From an uncultured Pseudomonadota bacterium (lineage in GTDB: Bacteria > Pseudomonadota > Alphaproteobacteria > UBA9219): a DNA stretch of 50,792 bases. The stretch is taken from assembly GCA_903875345.1 (NCBI GenBank), contig CAIQVS010000332.1, positions 1 through 50,792 of the forward strand. The letters are read 5' to 3'. This document shows positions 8,972 through 17,300 of the stretch, piece after piece. Positions within the stretch are counted from its first letter, which is position 1. Every line of letters starts with the position of its first letter. The position numbers were made by a program, and so were the translations under genes. The notes below the pieces were generated by a model. That model did no database searches and was not told the origin of the DNA. It saw only the letters and a list, made by a program, of their open reading frames with translations.

Positions 8972-10291
8972 ATGATTTCAATACCGAAGGTTAAAAATCA
9001 AAAATTCGCCATTCTCGGCCTTGGGAAATCGGGACTAGCGGCAGCGGCGAGCCTTGCCGCGAGCGGCGCGGAAATCGCTGTGTGGGACGACTCGACCGAA
9101 AGCCGCCAAGCTGCAGCCGAGACCGGATACCCGGTCGTCGATTTATCACAATCGGAGATCAGCGGCTTTCAGGCGCTGATCCTCTCGCCCGGCATTCCGC
9201 ACACGCACCCCAAGCCGCATCCGGTTGTCGTGCGATTCCGCGCCGCAAATGTTCCCATCTTCGGCGATGTCGAGCTTCTGTTTCGCGCCTGCCCCGACGC
9301 GACTTACGTAGGTATCACTGGAACCAACGGCAAATCCACGACGACGGCCTTGATCGGCCATATCCTGAAAGCGGCGGGACGCCGGGTTGAGGTCGGAGGC
9401 AATCTCGGCACTCCGGTCATGTCGTTCGAGCCCCTCGGAAAAAACGAGATTTATGTGCTGGAGCTGTCATCCTATCAGCTTGAGTTGATCCGGCAGAATC
9501 CGATGACCGTTGCCGTATTGCTGAACATCACACCCGACCATCTTGGACGACACGGCGGCATAGAAGGATATATGGCGGCCAAGGCGCGAATTTTCAATCT
9601 GGCGACAAAACCGCAGACGCTTATCATCGGATCGGGGGAACCGGAGACACGCGAACTTCTAGCGACGGCCAAAACACAATTGAATGTGCGCGTTATTCCA
9701 ATTGAGTCCGGCGGGCTGGAGAAACTCGTCGATCCCGCCACACTTCCCGCCCTGCCCGGACTGCATAACTGGCAGAACGCTTCGGCGGCTTTCCTCGCCT
9801 GTCGCGCGTTGGGTATTGAAACCGACGCCATTCTTCACGGTTTGCGGACATTTCCCGGCCTTGCGCATCGTCAACAATCGGTAGCAATGATCGACGGCGT
9901 TCGGTTCGTCAACGACAGCAAGGCGACCAATGCCGACGCAGCGTCCAAGGCTCTGGCGTGCTACAATGACATTTACTGGATCATCGGCGGACGCCCGAAG
10001 GAAGGCGGCCTGAGCGGACTCGAAGCCTTCGCGCCACGTATACGCCACGCCTTCATCATCGGCGAAGCAACCGAGGATTTCTCCACGTGGTGCGAAGGAC
10101 GAGTCCCTTACTCGCGCTGCGGAACATTGGAGATAGCCACCCGCGCCGCCGCCGAAATGGCTTGGCGCAACCGGATAGAGGACGCAGTCGTACTGCTCTC
10201 GCCCGCTTGCGCATCGTGGGATCAGTTTCAAAGCTTCGAACATCGTGGCAACACGTTCGCGGAAATCGTTCGCTCTCTGTCGAAACCTTGA
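8972..10291 (+). CDS. murD: UDP-N-acetylmuramoyl-L-alanine--D-glutamate ligase
   Basis: GLGKSG, SPGI, GITGTNGKSTT, LELSSYQL, NITPDHL, NDSKATN, LSPACASWDQF. Confidence 0.97.
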   Translation: MISIPKVKNQKFAILGLGKSGLAAAASLAASGAEIAVWDDSTESRQAAAETGYPVVDLSQSEISGFQALILSPGIPHTHPKPHPVVVRFRAANVPIFGDVELLFRACPDATYVGITGTNGKSTTTALIGHILKAAGRRVEVGGNLGTPVMSFEPLGKNEIYVLELSSYQLELIRQNPMTVAVLLNITPDHLGRHGGIEGYMAAKARIFNLATKPQTLIIGSGEPETRELLATAKTQLNVRVIPIESGGLEKLVDPATLPALPGLHNWQNASAAFLACRALGIETDAILHGLRTFPGLAHRQQSVAMIDGVRFVNDSKATNADAASKALACYNDIYWIIGGRPKEGGLSGLEAFAPRIRHAFIIGEATEDFSTWCEGRVPYSRCGTLEIATRAAAEMAWRNRIEDAVVLLSPACASWDQFQSFEHRGNTFAEIVRSLSKP

Positions 10292-10396
10292 GAGTCACAG
10301 CCTCATGCCGCATCGCAGCATCTATTTTCCTTGACGCTCCGGAAAAGGATGCGGAGACTTCGCCGCGCAACGCAGACAGTTAAGTGGAGGGCATCC

Positions 10397-11095
10397 TTGG
10401 GCAAAATCAGGCAAGGCGCAGCGGAGGCTCTGGCCGGATTGCTGCAGGATGGCATAACCATCGCGGCAGGTGGATTCGGGCTTTGCGGAATTCCGGAGCA
10501 TTGCATTGAAGCGATCCGGCTTTCCGGTGTCAGAAATTTGACGGTGGTCAGCAACAACGCAGGCGTGGACGGTTTCGGCCTCGGCAAATTGATGGAAAAA
10601 GGGCAAATCCGGAAAATGATCTCGTCCTATGTCGGCGAGAACAAATTATTCGCCGAATTGTTCCTGTCCGGCAAGCTGGAAGTCGAATTCAATCCACAAG
10701 GCACTCTGGCCGAACGCATGCGCGCGGGCGGCGCGGGCATCGCCGGGTTTTACACCAAAACCGGCGTCGGAACGGTCGTGGCCGAGGGCAAGGAAGTGCG
10801 CGAATTCGATGGGCAGAAATATGTGCTTGAACGTGGGTTGATCTGCGATCTCGCGATTGTTAAAGCGCAACGAGGCGATACCGAGGGCAACCTCGTGTAC
10901 CGCAAAACGGCGCGGAATTTTAATCCGCTCGCGGCGATATGCGGGAAAGTCACGGTGGCCGAGGTCGAGGAACTGGTTCCCGTCGGTCAACTCGACGCCG
11001 ACTCTATCCACACGCCCGGCATTTTCGTGCAGCACCTGTTCAAAGGCGAGCATTTTGAGAAGCGGATTGAACAGCGCACCGTTCGTAAAGCCTGA
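10397..11095 (+). CDS. scoA: 3-oxoacid CoA-transferase subunit A
   Basis: GGFGLCGIPE, SNNAG, SYVGEN, PQGTLAERMRAGGAG, ARNFNP; TTG start after GGAGG. Confidence 0.93.
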   Translation: MGKIRQGAAEALAGLLQDGITIAAGGFGLCGIPEHCIEAIRLSGVRNLTVVSNNAGVDGFGLGKLMEKGQIRKMISSYVGENKLFAELFLSGKLEVEFNPQGTLAERMRAGGAGIAGFYTKTGVGTVVAEGKEVREFDGQKYVLERGLICDLAIVKAQRGDTEGNLVYRKTARNFNPLAAICGKVTVAEVEELVPVGQLDADSIHTPGIFVQHLFKGEHFEKRIEQRTVRKA

Positions 11096-11118
11096 AGCGC
11101 TCACCTTGAGGAGGGATC

Positions 11119-11754
11119 ATGCCTTGGACACGTGAAGAGATGGCCGCCCGCGCGGCTAGGGAACTGCAGGAAGGGTTCTACATTAATCTCGGAATCGGCA
11201 TTCCGACGCTTGTGGCAAATTACATTCCAGAGGGCATGAATGTCGTCTTGCAAAGCGAGAACGGGATGCTCGGCATCGGGCCATTTCCGACCGAAGCCGA
11301 AGTCGATCCCGACCTCATCAACGCGGGTAAGCAAACGGTGACGCAATTGCCGTCCTCCAGTTTTTTCGACAGCGCAACTTCGTTTGCCATGATTCGCGAT
11401 GGGCATGTCGATCTTGCGATTCTCGGCGCGATGCAGGTGTCGGAGACCGGCGACATCGCCAACTGGATGATTCCCGGCAAAATGGTCAAGGGCATGGGCG
11501 GCGCGATGGATCTCGTCGCCGGGGTCAAGCGTGTGATCGTCCTCATGGAACACAACGCCAAAGACGAGGCCAAGCTGGTCAAGAAATGCAACCTGCCATT
11601 AACCGGAACGGGGGTCGTCAACAAAGTCATCACCGACCTCGGCGAGTTTGAATTTAGCAAAGAAGGGCTGACGTTAATCGCACTCGCTCCCAACATCACG
11701 GTTGATGAAATCAAACACCGCACCGAGGCGAGTTTCAATGTTGCATTGCATTAG
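11119..11754 (+). CDS. scoB: 3-oxoacid CoA-transferase subunit B
   Basis: [13 protein letters not shown] (catalytic Glu), [16 protein letters not shown]. Confidence 0.94.
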   Translation: MPWTREEMAARAARELQEGFYINLGIGIPTLVANYIPEGMNVVLQSENGMLGIGPFPTEAEVDPDLINAGKQTVTQLPSSSFFDSATSFAMIRDGHVDLAILGAMQVSETGDIANWMIPGKMVKGMGGAMDLVAGVKRVIVLMEHNAKDEAKLVKKCNLPLTGTGVVNKVITDLGEFEFSKEGLTLIALAPNITVDEIKHRTEASFNVALH

Positions 11755-11802
11755 GTTGGAGCCGTTGTTTGAGATATGAAGGTTCGGGTAAGATCGGTCT
11801 GT

Positions 11803-11824
11803 CTCTCTCCTGCGTGCGGGAGGA
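11803..11824. repeat. Short palindromic REP-like element
   Basis: CTCTCTCCTGCGTGCGGGAGGA hairpin resembling the CTCTCCCGC-nn-GCGGGAG intergenic repeats common in Alphaproteobacteria; single copy in window. Confidence 0.35.
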
Positions 11825-11878
11825 AAACATCACCGTTATTGCGGTTAAATGGCTTCTCATTTTTTGCGTGTCGTTTCC

Positions 11879-12994
11879 ATGATCTCCTTCGCACGTTCTG
11901 ATCAATCTATCCTAGGTCGCTGGTGGTGGACGGTGGATCGCTGGACGCTGGCGGCGCTGGCGGCGATTATCGGCTTTGGCATTTTGCTGATTCAGGCCGC
12001 GACGCCCGCCGTGGCGATCAAACACGGACTCGATAATTTTTATTTTGTAGAACGGCATCTGCTGATGCTGGTCATCGCCGTGGGCATTATTTTCGGCGTA
12101 TCCCTGTTGTCGCCACGGCAGATACGATGGCTGGCGGTCGGCGGGTTAATGGTGACCCTGCCTCTTCTGATCGCAACGCCTTTTATCGGCACAGAAATTA
12201 AGGGCGCGGTGCGCTGGATTCACCTGCCCGGATTATCGATACAACCGTCCGAATTCGTTAAACCATTTTTCGCCGTGGTCGCTGCATGGCTGTTCGCCCG
12301 CCAATGTGAACGCAAGGGGTTTCCGGCGCTTAGCGTCAACTTTTCTCTTTATGGCACCATTGTGGTGTTCCTGCTGATGCAACCCGACATCGGCATGACG
12401 GCACTGACGACAGCCATGTGGCTCGGACAATTCTTCTTCGCCGGATTGCCTCTCGTGCTGGTTGGTGTTTCTTGCGTCGTTGGCGTTATCGGATTATTCG
12501 CCGCCTACTACACATTCCCCCATTTCACCTCACGAATGGATCGGTTCCTGAGCCACAGTGGCGACACATACCAAGTCGATCGCGCTCAGGATGCGTTTAT
12601 GAACGGAGGACTGTTCGGCACCGGGCCGGGAGCAGGCACGGTCAAGCTGACAATCCCCGATGCGCATGCGGATTTTGTTTTCGCCGTGGCCGGTGAAGAG
12701 CTTGGGTTACTCTGGTGTCTCGTCATTATCGCGTTATTTGCCTTCATTATCGGACGCGGATTCTGGCGGTTGCGCCATGAAAACAGTCTCTTTGTCGTCT
12801 TGGCAACAGCGGGACTTCTTATTGAATTTGGCCTGCAGGCCGTCATCAACATGGCTTCGACGCTGCGACTAATGCCTGCCAAGGGCATGACGTTGCCCTT
12901 CATCTCTTACGGCGGGTCGTCCCTCTGGGCGCTGGCCTTCGGGATGGGGATGTTGCTGGCGCTGACCCGGAAGCGGTTCGGGGAACGGGAGTAG
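11879..12994 (+). CDS. ftsW: SEDS peptidoglycan polymerase FtsW
   Basis: WWWTVDRW, EIKGAVRW, QPSEFVKP, QPDIG, IPDAHADF, KGMTLPFISYGGSS; murG follows. Confidence 0.95.
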   Translation: MISFARSDQSILGRWWWTVDRWTLAALAAIIGFGILLIQAATPAVAIKHGLDNFYFVERHLLMLVIAVGIIFGVSLLSPRQIRWLAVGGLMVTLPLLIATPFIGTEIKGAVRWIHLPGLSIQPSEFVKPFFAVVAAWLFARQCERKGFPALSVNFSLYGTIVVFLLMQPDIGMTALTTAMWLGQFFFAGLPLVLVGVSCVVGVIGLFAAYYTFPHFTSRMDRFLSHSGDTYQVDRAQDAFMNGGLFGTGPGAGTVKLTIPDAHADFVFAVAGEELGLLWCLVIIALFAFIIGRGFWRLRHENSLFVVLATAGLLIEFGLQAVINMASTLRLMPAKGMTLPFISYGGSSLWALAFGMGMLLALTRKRFGERE

Positions 12995-13471
12995 CTCGGC
13001 GCTTGGAGGAGACGGAAAAACCCTTTGAAGCATTTCTCTCATGGCAAGAAGCAGTTGACCTTCGAAATGTTCGGAAAACTCAAATAATCTTGCTTCTCCT
13101 CTAATTATAGCAACTGCCCCTTCGTTCGTTGTTCGTGCAAGGGGTTTGAATAAACCCATCCAAACTTCTTGGCGAGGACTATCAGCCGATGCACTTATTA
13201 TTGCAACGGGCATCAACACTGTTGGTTTACTGACATCGGCGGCGAACACATCGGCAACAAATCGTGAAATACCATAGCGCCGATCTCCTTTGGCATAAGT
13301 CGCTAGATCGGGGCAGCACAGTTGAAATATTGTGGTGGGAAATTCTTCGGCAAGAGTAGCAAAAACACGCCCCAATAAATCACGCGCTGTTTTTTGAAAA
13401 TCCTGCAGTGGAATTACGCTTTGTGCTGTCTCTGTACCCGAAAAAAAATAACCCAACGATCCATCCGCCAT
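12869..13471 (-). CDS. Hypothetical orphan protein inserted antisense between ftsW and murG
   Basis: 200-aa ORF in an AT-rich gap, GGGAG upstream of the ATG; last 126 nt overlap the ftsW 3' end. Confidence 0.5.
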   Translation of the reverse strand: MADGSLGYFFSGTETAQSVIPLQDFQKTARDLLGRVFATLAEEFPTTIFQLCCPDLATYAKGDRRYGISRFVADVFAADVSKPTVLMPVAIISASADSPRQEVWMGLFKPLARTTNEGAVAIIRGEARLFEFSEHFEGQLLLAMREMLQRVFPSPPSAELLPFPEPLPGQRQQHPHPEGQRPEGRPAVRDEGQRHALGRH

Positions 13472-13598
13472 GCAGCAATACTCCCATTATATGGTTGCAA
13501 CGATAAATCCTGCCTTATCAAAATTCGTGACACAATCCCAATTTTTACTTTCACGCAAAAAACGTTTGGCGATCGGATTCGTTATGGTTAATACCTAG

Positions 13599-14717
13599 AT
13601 GACGATGTCTCGATCTTCTCCCCTTATCGTATTAGCTGCGGGCGGCACCGGCGGCCATATGTTCCCCGCCGAAGCTCTGGCGCGCGAGCTTCTAGCGCGG
13701 GGGCTGCGCGTCGCGTTGATTACCGACAAGCGCGGCGGCAAGTTCAGCGACGACATGCCAGTCCAAGTCTACCGCGTCCATGCGGCGGCGATGGGGCGCA
13801 GCCTGATAGGCAAGTTTCGCAGCATCCTGACAATGGGACTCGGCGTCTTTCAGGCCGAGCATTATTTACGCAAGCTCCGCCCAGCGGCCGTTGTCGGCTT
13901 CGGCGGCTATCCCTCTGCGCCAACGCTTTATGGGGCGGTGGGCATGAATATCCCCATCGTCCTACACGAACAGAACGCCGTTCTTGGACGCGCCAACTGT
14001 GTTATGATGAACAAAGCCAAGATCATCGCCACGTCATTTTCCCATGTCGTCGGGCTCAAGCCACCGTCGCATGTGCGTTTGGTGCAGACTGGCAACCCCG
14101 TGCGTCCAGCCTTCGTCGCCTTGCGCAACGAGCCCTATCCCGTCTTGGCCGATGGCGAGCCAATACGGATTCTGGTCTTGGGGGGCAGCCTCGGCGCTCT
14201 GGTGTTCGGCAAAGTCGTGCCCGAAGCCTTGGTGATGTTGCCGGATGCGTTGCGCCGTCGGGTCGTCGTCGCCCAGCAATGCCGCAAGGAGAATATTGAG
14301 GTGGCACGCGCCGCCTATGCCGCCGCCGGACTGGATGTCGAGCTGGCGACTTTCTTCAACGACGTGCCGGAGCGCATGGCCGCCGCGCATCTGGTCATTT
14401 GCCGTGCCGGAGGCTCGACGATTGCCGAATTGATGGCGGTCGGACGCCCCGCGATCCTCGTGCCTTTTCCGCACGGCCACGCCGGAGAACAGACGGCCAA
14501 CGCCGAAGCACTGGCCGAGGCCGGAGGAGCGTGGCTGATCCCCGAATCCGCCTTGACCCCGGAAACCTTGGCAATCCGGCTGGAATCCCTGATGGCGCTG
14601 CCTGAAACCCTCGTCCGGACGGCTGCCGCCGCCCGCGCCGCCGGACGCATAACGGCGGCTGAAAATCTGGCGGATTGCGTGACGGAGGCAATGGGAGGGT
14701 CAGAGATCGGGAATTAG
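13599..14717 (+). CDS. murG: Undecaprenyl-PP-MurNAc-pentapeptide GlcNAc transferase
   Basis: AGGTGGHMFP, GFGGYPS, HEQN, GNPVR, GGSLGA, CRAGGST. Confidence 0.97.
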   Translation: MTMSRSSPLIVLAAGGTGGHMFPAEALARELLARGLRVALITDKRGGKFSDDMPVQVYRVHAAAMGRSLIGKFRSILTMGLGVFQAEHYLRKLRPAAVVGFGGYPSAPTLYGAVGMNIPIVLHEQNAVLGRANCVMMNKAKIIATSFSHVVGLKPPSHVRLVQTGNPVRPAFVALRNEPYPVLADGEPIRILVLGGSLGALVFGKVVPEALVMLPDALRRRVVVAQQCRKENIEVARAAYAAAGLDVELATFFNDVPERMAAAHLVICRAGGSTIAELMAVGRPAILVPFPHGHAGEQTANAEALAEAGGAWLIPESALTPETLAIRLESLMALPETLVRTAAAARAAGRITAAENLADCVTEAMGGSEIGN

Positions 14718-14807
14718 AGGCTGGAATTGGTGAAAGAGCCGTTGTTTACCACCGTCGTTTCAGGTGATAATGACCTCGTTCTTGCTAACCTCAAACTCCA
14801 GACCCCC
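14698..14807. repeat. Inverted pair of degenerate heptamer arrays between murG and murC
   Basis: GGTCAGA GATCGGG AATTAGA GGCTGGA (14698-14725) and GCTAACC TCAAACT CCAGACC CCC (14784-14807) abutting ATG 14808. Confidence 0.5.
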
Positions 14808-16271
14808 ATGAACCGCACCCTTCCCTCCGCTCCGCGTCAATTCAGCCCGATGTCAATCGGCGTTATCCATTTCATCGGCATCGGCGGCATCGGCATGAGC
14901 GGCATTGCCGAAATTCTGCATAACCTCGGCTATCAGGTGCAGGGCAGCGACCTGACTGACAACGCCAACGTCAAGCGTCTGCGCGGCAAGGGCGTCGCGA
15001 TTCACATCGGGCATAAAGCCGAGAATCTGGGAGCAGCGAGCGTCGTCGTCGTCTCCTCCGCCGTCAAGCGCGACAATCCCGAACTCATCGCCGCGCGCGA
15101 ATCCTTGCTGCCCATCGTGCGACGCGCCGAAATGCTCGGCGAACTGATGCGGCTGAAATGGTCGGTTGCTATCGGCGGCACGCACGGCAAAACCACCACC
15201 ACATCCTTGATTGCGACCTTGTTCGACACGGCGGGACTCGATCCGACAGTCATCAACGGCGGCATCATCAACGCCTATGGCACCAACGCGCGCCTCGGCT
15301 CCGGCGACTGGATGGTGGTGGAATCGGATGAATCCGACGGCAGCTTTACGAAACTGCCCGCGACCGTCGCCATCGTCACCAACATCGATCCCGAGCATAT
15401 GGATCATTACCGTGATTTCGACGCCGTGCGTCATGCCTATGATACCTTCGTGCAGAACATTCCCTTCTACGGCTTCGCCGTGCTGTGCATCGATCATCCC
15501 GAAGTGCAGGAGATGATCGCCCGCGTCCACGACCGCCGCATCGTCACTTACGGATTTTCACCGCAAGCGGATGTTCGCGCCGTCAACATCGAAGCCCGCC
15601 CCGATGGCTCGCGCTTTGATGTCGTTGTTGCCGACCGGAAGAACGACACACCCCGCACGATCGAAGGGTTTTTCCTGAGTGTCATCGGCCAGCACAATGT
15701 CCAGAATTCTCTGGCGGCGATTGCCGTCGGCTTGCAGCTCGGCTTTTCGGATCAAGTTTTGCGCGCCGCCTTCAGCAAATTCGAAGGCGTCAAGCGCCGC
15801 TTTACCCGCACCGGCAACGTCAACGGCGTGACAATCGTCGATGATTACGGCCATCATCCGGTCGAAATCGCCGCAACGCTGAAAGCGGCGCAGCAAGCCA
15901 AAGGCGCGACGGGACGCATCATCGCCGTGATGCAGCCACACCGCTACACGCGCTTGTCCAGCCTGTTCAAGGACTTCTGCACCTGCTTCAACGACGCCGA
16001 CACCGTGATCGTCGCCGATGTCTATCCCGCCGGAGAACAACCGATCGACGGAGCCAACCGCGACGCTCTGGTCGAGGGCTTGCGTGACCACGGCCACCGC
16101 GACGTTCACGCCCTGCCCGATCCGCAGCAGCTCGCGCCGATGATCGCCGCCATCGCCAAGCCGCAGGATTACGTCGTCTGCCTCGGCGCTGGTTCGATCA
16201 GCGCATGGGCGCACGCCCTCCCTGCCGAGCTTGAGGCGCTGCAAGCAAAAACGGCAAAGCGGGCTTCCTAA
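14808..16271 (+). CDS. murC: UDP-N-acetylmuramate--L-alanine ligase
   Basis: [49 protein letters not shown]; start may be 14850. Confidence 0.97.
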   Translation: MNRTLPSAPRQFSPMSIGVIHFIGIGGIGMSGIAEILHNLGYQVQGSDLTDNANVKRLRGKGVAIHIGHKAENLGAASVVVVSSAVKRDNPELIAARESLLPIVRRAEMLGELMRLKWSVAIGGTHGKTTTTSLIATLFDTAGLDPTVINGGIINAYGTNARLGSGDWMVVESDESDGSFTKLPATVAIVTNIDPEHMDHYRDFDAVRHAYDTFVQNIPFYGFAVLCIDHPEVQEMIARVHDRRIVTYGFSPQADVRAVNIEARPDGSRFDVVVADRKNDTPRTIEGFFLSVIGQHNVQNSLAAIAVGLQLGFSDQVLRAAFSKFEGVKRRFTRTGNVNGVTIVDDYGHHPVEIAATLKAAQQAKGATGRIIAVMQPHRYTRLSSLFKDFCTCFNDADTVIVADVYPAGEQPIDGANRDALVEGLRDHGHRDVHALPDPQQLAPMIAAIAKPQDYVVCLGAGSISAWAHALPAELEALQAKTAKRAS

Positions 16272-16319
16272 AGCCTACCACGGCGAGTAGATTATCGCCC
16301 ATACAAGCTGTGGACTTTT

Positions 16320-17300
16320 ATGTTGACCAAACGCATCGAACATCCAAACGGCCTTCGCGCCGATGATTTTCCGGACGAGGGGCTTCTGGAACGTCTGCCC
16401 CAAGTGCGCGGCAAGATGATTCCGAACGAACCTTTAGCCGAGCAGACATGGTTCCGCGTCGGCGGTCCGGCGGAGGCTCTGTTCCGTCCGGCGGACGAAG
16501 CCGACCTCACCCACTTTCTCGCCCATTGCCCCGCCGATATTCCCGTGACGGTCATCGGCGTCGCTTCCAACCTTTTGGTGCGCGACGGCGGCGTGCCGGG
16601 GGTTGTCATTCGCCTCGGACCTGCCTTCTCGCGCATCAAGATCGACGGCGCGTTGCTGACGGTCGGCGCGGGAACAATCGATTTGAACGTGGCGCGCTCG
16701 GCGCAAGCCTCCGGTATCGCGGGGCTGGAATTTCTGTCAGGCATTCCCGGCACCGTCGGCGGCGGCATCCGCATGAACGCCGGAGCCTACCACCGCGAGT
16801 TCAAGGACATCGTCGTGCAAGCCGACGCGCTGGACCGGCAGGGCAACCGCCATACCTTGTTTCATAACCAAATCGGTTTCTCCTATCGCCATACAACGGC
16901 GCCCAACGACATGATTTTTGTCTCCGCCATGTTGCAGGGCGAGGCGGGCGATCCGGACGAAATCGCCAAGCGGATGCAGGACATCCAGAAATCCCGCGCC
17001 GCGTCGCAACCGATCCGCGAAAAGACGGGCGGCTCAACGTTTGCCAACCCCGATAACGATCCCCAGAAACGCAAGGCGTGGCAATTAATCGAAGCCGCCG
17101 GTTGTCGCGGACTGAAGATCGGGCAAGCGAAAGTATCCGACAAACACTGTAATTTTCTTATCAACACCGGCAAGGCCACGGCGGCGGAAATCGAACATCT
17201 CGGCGAAGAAGTGCGCCGACGCGTGCGCGAAAAATTCGGCGTCGAGCTGCGCTGGGAAATCAAGCGGATCGGCGTGACCGCGCAGGAGAGAATCTCATGA
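16320..17300 (+). CDS. murB: UDP-N-acetylenolpyruvoylglucosamine reductase
   Basis: FRVGGPA, SNLLVRDGG, IPGTVGG..MNAGA, GGSTFANP, KHCNFLIN, LRWEI. Confidence 0.97.
   Translation: MLTKRIEHPNGLRADDFPDEGLLERLPQVRGKMIPNEPLAEQTWFRVGGPAEALFRPADEADLTHFLAHCPADIPVTVIGVASNLLVRDGGVPGVVIRLGPAFSRIKIDGALLTVGAGTIDLNVARSAQASGIAGLEFLSGIPGTVGGGIRMNAGAYHREFKDIVVQADALDRQGNRHTLFHNQIGFSYRHTTAPNDMIFVSAMLQGEAGDPDEIAKRMQDIQKSRAASQPIREKTGGSTFANPDNDPQKRKAWQLIEAAGCRGLKIGQAKVSDKHCNFLINTGKATAAEIEHLGEEVRRRVREKFGVELRWEIKRIGVTAQERIS

Noticed and set aside
3111-16307. CATACAAG occurring upstream of three genes (about 3111, 6106, 16300) as a shared regulator site
   Set aside because: Not palindromic and genes are unrelated; most simply a -10 promoter element variant or chance.
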